In this document: piece after piece, positions 28,681 to 37,387 of the stretch
Position numbering within the stretch: position 1 is the stretch's first letter
Layout: every line of letters begins with the position of its first letter
Origin: Candidatus Levyibacteriota bacterium
GTDB taxonomy: Bacteria; Patescibacteriota; Microgenomatia; Levybacterales; UBA12049
Assembly (NCBI GenBank): GCA_052034235.1
Contig: JBPOIT010000011.1
Location: forward strand, 37,756-101,755
DNA length: 64,000 bases
Reading direction: 5' to 3'
The notes under the pieces: generated by a model
Seen by the model: the letters and a program-made list of their open reading frames with translations, nothing else
What the model was told of the DNA's origin: nothing
Databases searched by the model: none
Position numbers and translations under genes: made by a program

Positions 28681-29229
28681 TTATCGTTTTGCCTTTTTTG
28701 TGTGTTTTTTGTAGAGTACCAATGAGACAAGTGAAAAACCAATAATTCCCACACTAAAATGAGGCAAATGATCTAAGAACCAGTTACTCTTCTTTTCTGT
28801 CACGGTATCACTGTTCCGTTCCACTCGCTGGTTAAAAGAAAGCGTAAAATCATCAAATGCTCCAGCAGACAAAGGCTTACCTGTAATTTTTATAACGTAC
28901 ACGCCTCGTTTGGGGAATGCATAATAAACGCTGGCATTTGTAAGACTCGGCTGTGAATTATTTTGAAACAATGGCTGGCTGTAAAGTTCTTGGCCGTTAC
29001 TTGTAACTGAAAATGTACATTCACATAACTTGGGATCAAAAGTATTTTTTTTATCTTTGAATTCAAAATAGAAACTACTTTCCTCCCCGACGACTGGATC
29101 GTCTTCTGGTTGAATATGCATAACTGCACCAATCGATTCATCAATTTTAAGGACATGCGCTAAATTTGATTGTGGGAATGCCAAGAAAACTGCTAAGAAG
29201 AAAACTATATGAAGAATTATTCTTTTCAT
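28681..29229 (-). CDS. Secreted, C-terminally anchored protein. A stand-alone copy of the HxHP-type domain found duplicated in the neighbouring large membrane protein
   Basis: Signal peptide ending in AHV. Contains AVMHIQPEDDP and AFPKRGVYVIKITGKP, similar to FNHIHPDASED and FPKAGEYHLYLDF of ORF 29249..30796. Confidence 0.55.
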   Translation of the reverse strand: MKRIILHIVFFLAVFLAFPQSNLAHVLKIDESIGAVMHIQPEDDPVVGEESSFYFEFKDKKNTFDPKLCECTFSVTSNGQELYSQPLFQNNSQPSLTNASVYYAFPKRGVYVIKITGKPLSAGAFDDFTLSFNQRVERNSDTVTEKKSNWFLDHLPHFSVGIIGFSLVSLVLYKKHTKKAKR

Positions 29230-29248
29230 TACTTTGCCTTATTGTGAA

Positions 29249-30796
29249 TTATTTTACCGTAACTGTAAAGTCTGCTGTAAACAGTTTTGCATCAGGATTA
29301 AACTGAGCAAAGACTCGGTATATTCCTGGTTTTATCGGGCCGTAGAGACCGAGCGGCATAAATTCAACAGTTGGGCCGCCATTGGCGTTTGGTTCTGGTG
29401 GTGTTATATTTGTCGGATGCACATGCAAATATTCAAATGTCTCCTGATTAATCATCACCAAATGGCCATAGGCAGCTAAATATGGTTTAAGCGTCGTTAC
29501 TGGTTTGCCAGATTTATCTTGAATAGTAAATGTCATCAGTTGTTTACCTATTGAGAGTTGCGACGCGAGAAGCGGCTTGGGAGCCTGCAAACTGACTTGG
29601 TAATCGCCAAATGCTTTTTTAAATGATTCATCAGGCACACTCGTTGCTTTAATGGCAGTCCCCTTCGAACCAACGGTTACTGTGAAAGCCATTTGTTGTT
29701 CAATTGCTCCCAATGGTTGAAAATCAAGATAAAGATGATATTCCCCTGCTTTTGGAAATTGCGTCGTTATCACAAAACCATCTTCACTTGCATCAGGATG
29801 AATGTGATTAAAATATGTCAGTGAACTATCTACGATAATTAAATGTACTGGTTTATCATAAAGTGTTTTGAAATAACGCACAGGATTGCCGGAACTTGCA
29901 TCAAAAACTTTAAACTGCAATTGTGTCTTTTGATTTGGTTTGATAGTGTCTTCGTATAGAAAACTTGTTGTGAAGCGTTTTGTTTTGTCACCATCCATTC
30001 CTGGCAGTTTGGGGGTATTTTGGGTAGTGTTCCCCTGTTGAGCCTCTTTCGCTAGTTGAATATGCTGACTGTGGACACTAAAAGGAGATTCTTTCTGCGG
30101 CATCACAACAGATGTTATATAAAAAGTAAGAACAGAAGCCACTACTATGATTGTTACCATACCAAACTTAGGGATTGATGGAAATTTATTATATAAAAAG
30201 GAATCAAATCGTATCGCTTCAAGTATAACTAAAAATGTTAATGCCCCAAAGAAAATCTGTGGGATGAATTCAGAGAAGGACCTGAAATGAGTTCCAAGCA
30301 TAAGTGCATGGATAACAATAAACAAACCTGCAAAATAGATAATTTGCTCCCACACTTTTGCTCTAAAAAAACGAAACCTCTTAACCAGAATCTCTATAGA
30401 CAGAAGCGAAACTATCGTAAGAATGGCTAACGCACAAAAACCAAGCACAGCGTTGAGGACATAACGATCGCTCAAAAAGAAAAGGCCCTCCCAGCCACCT
30501 AATAACCCGTAAAAAGCGATAGCTGCATGAATGGCTGCAAAATACCATGCTACGGCAATCGCGGGTTTATAAATACTTTTGTAAATGTTAAGCCAAGGAA
30601 GTGTGGGAAACGAATAATTGAGAGGTCTATATAGTAAAGCTATGTATAAACTTGTCAGTGCACTTAATGCATAGACTTGCGCAAGTCTGATAAGAAAAAC
30701 TGATCCATCTGAATAAACTAGCTGCAACAAACCAAAAACCAAGGCTGAATAAAGTACACAAGAGAAGAGCAGAGACAGTTTGCTTTTGTTGAGCAT
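29249..30796 (-). CDS. Polytopic membrane protein (ferric-reductase/CopD-like His-containing TM core) with two C-terminal extracytoplasmic HxHP-motif domains
   Basis: 515 aa. About 7 TM, with His in helices (AAIHAAIAFY, IVIHALMLGTHF). Duplicated ~110-aa domains carry FNHIHP / YLHVHP and FPKAGEY / IKPGIYRVF. Confidence 0.6.
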   Translation of the reverse strand: MLNKSKLSLLFSCVLYSALVFGLLQLVYSDGSVFLIRLAQVYALSALTSLYIALLYRPLNYSFPTLPWLNIYKSIYKPAIAVAWYFAAIHAAIAFYGLLGGWEGLFFLSDRYVLNAVLGFCALAILTIVSLLSIEILVKRFRFFRAKVWEQIIYFAGLFIVIHALMLGTHFRSFSEFIPQIFFGALTFLVILEAIRFDSFLYNKFPSIPKFGMVTIIVVASVLTFYITSVVMPQKESPFSVHSQHIQLAKEAQQGNTTQNTPKLPGMDGDKTKRFTTSFLYEDTIKPNQKTQLQFKVFDASSGNPVRYFKTLYDKPVHLIIVDSSLTYFNHIHPDASEDGFVITTQFPKAGEYHLYLDFQPLGAIEQQMAFTVTVGSKGTAIKATSVPDESFKKAFGDYQVSLQAPKPLLASQLSIGKQLMTFTIQDKSGKPVTTLKPYLAAYGHLVMINQETFEYLHVHPTNITPPEPNANGGPTVEFMPLGLYGPIKPGIYRVFAQFNPDAKLFTADFTVTVK

Positions 30797-30840
30797 AAGA
30801 TTATTATACTAAATTTACATGCAATGGTATAATTATTTAT

Positions 30841-31992
30841 ATGGTGAAAAGAGTCATATATCTCATCCTTGTCCTTGTATTCATACTGCTGCTGATAATT
30901 GTACTGATACCGTGGTTGAACAGGACAAAAAATGCCGAGGCGTTGCCAGCACCAACCGGATCAATAATTACAAAAGACAAAATCTCTGCAGATCTACCGA
31001 GAGTTTCAGTCGTTGCATCAGGACTTGAAGTGCCGTGGGCTTTGGCCTTTCTACCGGATAATAGTTTACTTATAACCGAGCGCCCGGGAAAAGTTCGCTT
31101 GATAACTAGTGACGGTAAATTGCTCGCTGATCCCTTATTAAGCTTACCAGTCGTTCAAAAGATACAAGGTGAAGGTGGACTCCATGGAATTGTCCCTCAT
31201 CCGAATTTCACTGAAAACAACTATATATACCTCTATTATACGTATGAAAACACGGGGACAGGTTCACTTAATAGGGTCTCACGTTTTACTTTTGAAAAGA
31301 ATAAACTCGTTGATGAAACCACTATCGTAGACAAAATACCAGGAGCACTTTTTCATGATGGTGGAAGAATAAAATTTGGGCCTGATGATTTCCTCTATAT
31401 TACAACCGGTGATGCTCAAGAGCCATCATTTGCTCAAGACAAAAATTCACTTGCCGGAAAAATTCTTCGTGTCACTGACGACGGCCGCCCTGCACCTGAT
31501 AATCCTTTTAAGACTATGATTTATTCATACGGACACCGCAATCCCCAAGGGATCGCATGGGATGACACAAACAAACTTTGGCAGACAGAGCACGGAAGAT
31601 CAAATCCTTCCGGATACGATGAAGTCAACCTCATTCTCGCTGGCAAAAATTATGGCTGGCCTGAAATTGAAGGCGATGAAACAAAAACCGATATGGAAAC
31701 ACCGAAAAGCCAATCAGGACAGTCATTAGCATGGGCTCCTGGAGGCGCGACGTTTATAAATAATTCATTCTTTTTTACTGGACTTCGGGGACAAACACTC
31801 TATGAAGCAATAATTCAGAAAGATAACGTTGTCTCTTTTAAAGAGCATTTCGCTGGAGAATATGGTCGATTAAGAGACGTCATAACAGGTCCAGACGGTA
31901 TGTTGTATATGACGACAAGTAACAGAGACGGCAGGGGTATACCGGCAGGAAACGACGACAAAATTCTGAGAATTAACCCAGATAAATTATAG
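30841..31992 (+). CDS. PQQ-dependent sugar dehydrogenase (soluble glucose/sorbosone dehydrogenase family), membrane-anchored
   Basis: N-terminal TM. GLEVPWALAFLPDNSLLITERPGKV, GHRNPQGIAWD and the beta-propeller pattern typical of the YliI/Asd family. Confidence 0.85.
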   Translation: MVKRVIYLILVLVFILLLIIVLIPWLNRTKNAEALPAPTGSIITKDKISADLPRVSVVASGLEVPWALAFLPDNSLLITERPGKVRLITSDGKLLADPLLSLPVVQKIQGEGGLHGIVPHPNFTENNYIYLYYTYENTGTGSLNRVSRFTFEKNKLVDETTIVDKIPGALFHDGGRIKFGPDDFLYITTGDAQEPSFAQDKNSLAGKILRVTDDGRPAPDNPFKTMIYSYGHRNPQGIAWDDTNKLWQTEHGRSNPSGYDEVNLILAGKNYGWPEIEGDETKTDMETPKSQSGQSLAWAPGGATFINNSFFFTGLRGQTLYEAIIQKDNVVSFKEHFAGEYGRLRDVITGPDGMLYMTTSNRDGRGIPAGNDDKILRINPDKL

Positions 31993-32013
31993 CCTCCCGT
32001 TTATATTTTTGAG

Positions 32014-32436
32014 CTACATCAAACCTAACACAACTCCCATAGCAAGCATTGATGCGAGTTGATAACCTGTATGAATAGCAAATAATGCCCATTTCTTTCC
32101 ACCAAAAATAACATCTGTTGCCTGAACTGGCATGATAAAACCTATCCACATCCAGAAAGCTGAACCAACTCCTGCGAGCAACATGTTATATTGATAAAAA
32201 TTTTGTGAGAGTGCCATGACATGGGATAAAACATATACTGTAAGTAACGAAAGAATAAAACTGACACCATACATCGGTCCCATTTTTTTCTGTGCTTCTT
32301 TCAAGCTTTCTTTGGTGTAACCCATGAGTTTCATCCAGGGCTTACCAAATAATGCATACGAATACCACAAAAAACCAATTGCCATACTCACAACGCCAGC
32401 GAGAATAACTGCCAAATAATTAACCTGAACATCCAT
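32014..32436 (-). CDS. DUF1761 family membrane protein
   Basis: 140 aa. YLAVILAGVVSMAIGFLWYSYALFGKPW matches the DUF1761 N-terminus. 4 TM. Confidence 0.7.
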   Translation of the reverse strand: MDVQVNYLAVILAGVVSMAIGFLWYSYALFGKPWMKLMGYTKESLKEAQKKMGPMYGVSFILSLLTVYVLSHVMALSQNFYQYNMLLAGVGSAFWMWIGFIMPVQATDVIFGGKKWALFAIHTGYQLASMLAMGVVLGLM

Positions 32437-32547
32437 AAAACCTCACCCCCTCCCAAAGTGAAAAACACTTCAACTTGAGAGTAACATACTGTGCTAGAAA
32501 GAAAAAGTGTGAAATATATATAAATGTAGTCTCAGATTATTACTTGA

Positions 32548-33297
32548 TCAATATTTGGTGAGTTTGAGGAATTCGTTGAGGTAGGTAATGAGCATGGTTT
32601 CGAATTGTTTTTTTGTTACTTCTTCAGGCATGAGAAGCATGAATTTTTTGAAGAATTCATATTTTGCTGCCATAGGCTTATTAACTTGTGTGAGAAAAGT
32701 TCGTACTGCTTTCTCAACATGTCCACCTTTGTCGGCGATATTATGGCGCTGCAGATTAGCTTGTGCAAACGCAGTACCCAGAAGTGCATCAGCATTTTCC
32801 CATTGTTGCACCTGAGTCTTAGGTTTTTTATGTGGCGTATGAATCCAGCTTAAGAAAAATTCATTGAGATCGATCTCCGGAGAATTCTCGTTGAATATCT
32901 TAAATGAGATATCATCTGCGTAGAGATCTTGTAAATGATTAAGAATTGAATGCAAGATTTTCTCCTGATATTCTTCAACTGCTTGTCCATGCATTACCCA
33001 AGCAGTGATTGCTGTTAACAATTGATAATCGTGGGATGGATGATTGTGTAATGAATGATACACATGACTGAGTTCATGAATGAGCAAATTTATCGCAGCG
33101 CCTGACGCAAGCGCATCACCTGACACAACGATAACTGGTCTGCCATTTTGTTCTGTTGTATATCCCATATATGGGAGATTTTCATCCAAAATAACATCAA
33201 CATGCTCAGGGACAGGAAAGCCAGCATCGTCCATCATCGCAAGTGCCTGTTCTTTCACAATCAATAAATCTTCGTTAATAGATGTTTTCTTTTTCAT
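32548..33297 (-). CDS. Putative zinc metallopeptidase (HExxH motif), otherwise hypothetical
   Basis: 249 aa. LLIHELSHVYH. No further motif recognised. Confidence 0.5.
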   Translation of the reverse strand: MKKKTSINEDLLIVKEQALAMMDDAGFPVPEHVDVILDENLPYMGYTTEQNGRPVIVVSGDALASGAAINLLIHELSHVYHSLHNHPSHDYQLLTAITAWVMHGQAVEEYQEKILHSILNHLQDLYADDISFKIFNENSPEIDLNEFFLSWIHTPHKKPKTQVQQWENADALLGTAFAQANLQRHNIADKGGHVEKAVRTFLTQVNKPMAAKYEFFKKFMLLMPEEVTKKQFETMLITYLNEFLKLTKY

Positions 33298-33350
33298 AGA
33301 AGTGGTGTGATTATAACAAATGTAGCGAAAAAATGGCGGACGAAGACTTT

Positions 33351-33419
33351 TTTACAAAAAAAAGAGCATCGCTTTCGTTATGTTAAAGATAAGTTCAAAA
33401 TACGAGAAGCAATGCTCTT
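33351..33419 (-). terminator. Candidate rho-independent terminator downstream of the helicase gene (hairpin plus T-run on the minus strand)
   Basis: 8-bp stem aagagcat/atgctctt with a long loop, followed on the minus strand by a 9-nt T-run (the A-run at 33352-33360 on the plus strand). A second 9-bp hairpin gtacttaat/attaagtac lies at 33428-33466. Confidence 0.4.
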
Positions 33420-33606
33420 AGGGTAAAGTACTTAATCCTTCAGATAAGAGAATAAAATTAAGTACATATATATTAAATCAAATTTTTCACAGCGCTGTCA
33501 AGGTAAAAATCTGAAGCTAAATAACACGAATTGCATTGCTAATCCAACGAAAATTTTCACAACTGCAGAGTTACGCACATAAGACAATTTTCTTACAATA
33601 AACTAC

Positions 33607-34992
33607 TTATTTCTCCTTCAAAAATGTTAAAAAGTCTTTTTGCATCTTCTCTACTTTTTCAGTTCCCATTTTATGTAAATCCATAACAGCTTCGTTTGAT
33701 TCATTTATAAACTTTCGGTCCATCTCAGCAACATCCTGATTCACCACAAGAGCCATTTGGTTCATGCCCATGAGTTTGAGACCATTTAAACTCCGTACAC
33801 GTGAGAGTGCGACATATCCCATCCCAGGAACAAATGAACGACTAAGGTCAATTTCTGCAGCGTCCAAACTCATACCCTGACTTTTGTGAACGGTAATCGC
33901 CCAAGCAAGCCGCAAAGGCAGTTGAGATATACCTGCAAGTTCTTTATCATCCTCTTTTACTGTCCAATCCTCTTTTGAAACAGTAATTTCAGCACCATCA
34001 AATGTTCGCACTTTTGGCAAACCACTATCATCAAACCCAATTACCTCGCCCAATGTTCCATTTACATAACCCGCTTCCCAATTATTTTTAACAAACATAA
34101 CTTGCGCATTTTTTTTGAGGATCAATGTTTCAGGTGCAAGACAACTTCGACGCAAACCCTCAGTTAAACCCAAACTTCCCCTCCATGTCATATAATATTC
34201 CTTTACCTCCCCTTCAATCTGCTCCAAATGTTTGAGATTAATCGCATCGACATCGGTATTATGACTAAAAAGTCGTGTCGGCTTTGAATACCCTTGCACA
34301 TCTTTATCCAAGCGCTCGGATAAATACTCAACAGTCATTTCAGTTACATCACTATTTCTAATGTCGTTGAGAACACGTAAAAAAGCGCCATCATCTTGTC
34401 GATGTTGCTCATCCAAATAGCAAATTCGCAAATTCATATCATTCCAAATATCTGATTCAGTGACAAAATCAGCTTTGGGCTCTTTGGGTGGTACTTGCGA
34501 TTCAAATGAATCATCAAATGTTTGCTGGTTAGTTTGCACGGGAATTTTCTTTTTTGTAACTGGCGGCAGTTGGAAAAAATCACCACACATAATGACCTGC
34601 AAACCGCCAAATGGCGCACTATTCCCACGAAACGCTTTGGTAAGCATATCAATCATATCCAACTGATGAGCATGCAGCATTGAAATTTCGTCTATTATTA
34701 ATACTTTTGTTCTTTGCAGATTTTTACGCAGATACGGCCGTTTCATAAGTTCTGTTACATCGTGTTCATGAATCACATCTCGTATCCCAATCCCCGACCA
34801 ACTATGAATAGTTGTACCGCCCATATGTGTCGCAGCAATGCCTGTGGATGCAGTCACACCTACTGGGATTTTGTGTTCTTTCAGATACTTTATATATTGA
34901 TTAAGTAAATACGTTTTCCCAGAGCCAGCAGGTCCTGTGAGAAACACATTGTTGCCAAGTTTTAAAATATCAAGGGCTTCTTTCTGGGTCAT
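33607..34992 (-). CDS. PIF1/RecD-like ATP-dependent DNA helicase (AAA_30 / Pif1 family)
   Basis: Walker A at FLTGPAGSGKT. LIIDEISMLHAHQLD. PIF1 motif GGLQVIMCGDFFQLPPV. C-terminal ITVHKSQGMSLD. The ORF track extends to 35037; I prefer the start MTQKEALDILK (34992). Confidence 0.85.
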   Translation of the reverse strand: MTQKEALDILKLGNNVFLTGPAGSGKTYLLNQYIKYLKEHKIPVGVTASTGIAATHMGGTTIHSWSGIGIRDVIHEHDVTELMKRPYLRKNLQRTKVLIIDEISMLHAHQLDMIDMLTKAFRGNSAPFGGLQVIMCGDFFQLPPVTKKKIPVQTNQQTFDDSFESQVPPKEPKADFVTESDIWNDMNLRICYLDEQHRQDDGAFLRVLNDIRNSDVTEMTVEYLSERLDKDVQGYSKPTRLFSHNTDVDAINLKHLEQIEGEVKEYYMTWRGSLGLTEGLRRSCLAPETLILKKNAQVMFVKNNWEAGYVNGTLGEVIGFDDSGLPKVRTFDGAEITVSKEDWTVKEDDKELAGISQLPLRLAWAITVHKSQGMSLDAAEIDLSRSFVPGMGYVALSRVRSLNGLKLMGMNQMALVVNQDVAEMDRKFINESNEAVMDLHKMGTEKVEKMQKDFLTFLKEK

Positions 34993-35050
34993 AAAAAGTA
35001 AGGGTATCACGGGTACACCGAGTATCACAAGTAGCACATGCCATTAAGCT

Positions 35051-35920
35051 TTATCCGAGAACAATTATCACCACACCAATAACCATAATTGCAGCTCCAA
35101 AAAAACGCTCTTTAATATTATCCTCTTTAAATAATAATTTACCCCAGAGGATACCAAACAAGGCGCTCGTACGCTTTACTGCTGTAACATGTGGAACCAT
35201 AGTCAGTGAATAAGCTAACGAATAAGAAAGCATCGAAAGCCCTGTAAAGATACCAATTGGCACCAAAATGTGTATTTTTTTAAACACCGGCTGAAAAGAA
35301 ACTCTTTTGAAAAGGATAACGCATGTTAACAGAATGCTCGTCATACATGCTGAAGCGAATGCATAGATAAAAGAGTTTGCATTTACTATTGCCATTCTGT
35401 CAAAATTTGACGAAATACTCCAAGTAAAGGCAATAATCAGCATCATCCTTGACCCTTTATCTTTGACTAAACTCAATAATGGCTGCCATACACCATCTAC
35501 TCGTTTACTTAGGTTAAGAATATAAGACCCAACCACGGTAATAACAATCCCAAAGACACCGAAAACACTTGGGAACTCTCCAAGAATTATCGGTGAAGTA
35601 ATCAGTGCAAATATAGGTACAAAAGAAAGTATGGGCAAGGTGAGTGAAATTGGGCTTTCCTTCATCGCCTTAAAAAAGAGAATAGATGTGTATGAATAGA
35701 GAATCGAAGAAATAACAAGTGCTGTTAAAAATGTTGTATTAACAGGCTGCATGGAATGTGTGAGCATACATAAGGGAAAAAGGATCAGTAAAGAAAAAAT
35801 ATATTGAGACCATGCCATAAGTAAAGGATCAATTTTTTGAGTACCCCTTTTGCCAAAGATTGCAATAATCGACTGACAAAAAGCAGATAAAAGTGAAAAG
35901 ACAAACCACTGCATAGGCAT
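35051..35920 (-). CDS. EamA/DMT-superfamily transporter
   Basis: 10 TM, with two EamA-like halves. The start is trimmed to MPMQWFV (about 35920) because the upstream MgtC-like gene ends at 35949. Confidence 0.7.
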   Translation of the reverse strand: MPMQWFVFSLLSAFCQSIIAIFGKRGTQKIDPLLMAWSQYIFSLLILFPLCMLTHSMQPVNTTFLTALVISSILYSYTSILFFKAMKESPISLTLPILSFVPIFALITSPIILGEFPSVFGVFGIVITVVGSYILNLSKRVDGVWQPLLSLVKDKGSRMMLIIAFTWSISSNFDRMAIVNANSFIYAFASACMTSILLTCVILFKRVSFQPVFKKIHILVPIGIFTGLSMLSYSLAYSLTMVPHVTAVKRTSALFGILWGKLLFKEDNIKERFFGAAIMVIGVVIIVLG

Positions 35921-35948
35921 CATTATAGCAGTATAAATAGAAAAAAAT

Positions 35949-37295
35949 TTAGCGGACGAAAAGTACTCCAAACAGACTTGCAACGATGATAAGTGCCATA
36001 CTGATGCCAAATTTGATCGTAAACTCTCGTGTTCCCATTGCATAGCTATACACTGTCTTTCCTGCGAGGTTTACAAAGTTTGCGAGAATAAATGCCCAAA
36101 CAGCAAGCTGTGTATCAATACTTTTACCTACAAGTTGTGCAGTGTTAATAATAACTGCGTCCAAACCAATCAGCGCGCCGATACCCGTTGCAACTAAAAA
36201 TCCGCTGTTACCAAAAAATTCCAAGGCAATTTTTGAAAAGATACTTATCACGAGAAACAAACTCGTAAACTTCAATGCGCCTTTTAAATTAATAATTTCT
36301 GAACTCTTGGCAGTTTCTTTTTCAGAAGCACTACTCTGTTTCGTCTTTTCTTTTGACCTGAGAAAATAAATCAGTGTTATCAAAGCTGCTGCAATCATCA
36401 AACCTAAAACCGGCAGTAAAGAAATAAGAAACATGCTGCTTAACGCGGCGATGATAAAAGCAATTTGGAAAAAACTGACCATGTTGGCAAGAACCGCTGC
36501 CGCCACAAGATGATTGACTCCCCTATTTGAACGGCTTTCCTGCGCAAGTGATTGCGTCGTTGCAGTAGAAGAAATAAACCCACCTGCTGCACTTGCGAGT
36601 AACCATCCACGTTTTTGTCCAATTGTTCGCTCAAGAACATAGCCAATCAAATCAACTCCTGTGACCAAAGCAACAATGAGCCATAATTTGAACGGATTAA
36701 AAAGTTCAAGTTCGGCAATCTTTTTTATATTCACACCAACATTTGCAAGAAGATCACGCATGACTGGGATATCTGCAATTGAATAACTCGTGTTAGGCAA
36801 AAACGGCAAAATAACAAGCGCAATAATGGCAAAACTTATAAAAGCGTTTAGCTCGGTTTTTTTGATATCTTCAACGACATTTTTAATTCTCGCTTTTTGT
36901 GAGAGAAGAAGAATAATAAGTACAGTCAAAGCCAGTACCAACTGGATTGGCACGACTTCTAACATTAACAGAAGACCAATTAGAAAACTGTAAAGTACTG
37001 CAATTTCTGTTGTAAAACCATGATCTTTTGTTTTTTGTACATCAAGAAAATAAAACAGCAGAAGCATTAATATAAATCCACCCGCGATTAGAATTGCTAA
37101 TGGTAAAAATTTGAGATACAAAAGTCCCGCAATTGCTCCCAAACCCGTAACAAGAGAAAACGTCCGAATACCTAACACTGCCGAAGGTTTATTGTGGTAA
37201 TTGCCTTCCTTCTCATTTATTTCTCTTTCAAGGCCGATTACGCCGCCGAGAATAAACGCCATAAATAATTTAACACCTTCAGAAATATTTTCCAT
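35949..37295 (-). CDS. MgtC/SapB-family N-terminal domain fused to a DUF4010 membrane domain
   Basis: MENISEGVKLFMAFILGGVIGLEREIN is the MgtC signature. A long polytopic C-terminal region follows, typical of DUF4010 fusions. Confidence 0.7.
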   Translation of the reverse strand: MENISEGVKLFMAFILGGVIGLEREINEKEGNYHNKPSAVLGIRTFSLVTGLGAIAGLLYLKFLPLAILIAGGFILMLLLFYFLDVQKTKDHGFTTEIAVLYSFLIGLLLMLEVVPIQLVLALTVLIILLLSQKARIKNVVEDIKKTELNAFISFAIIALVILPFLPNTSYSIADIPVMRDLLANVGVNIKKIAELELFNPFKLWLIVALVTGVDLIGYVLERTIGQKRGWLLASAAGGFISSTATTQSLAQESRSNRGVNHLVAAAVLANMVSFFQIAFIIAALSSMFLISLLPVLGLMIAAALITLIYFLRSKEKTKQSSASEKETAKSSEIINLKGALKFTSLFLVISIFSKIALEFFGNSGFLVATGIGALIGLDAVIINTAQLVGKSIDTQLAVWAFILANFVNLAGKTVYSYAMGTREFTIKFGISMALIIVASLFGVLFVR

Positions 37296-37387
37296 GGGGC
37301 TATTATAGTAAAATTATTGAGAATTGCAAATCTTATAGGGTTTATTGCAAATCTAGGACTGCTGATGTATAAATAGCTCACATCAAT

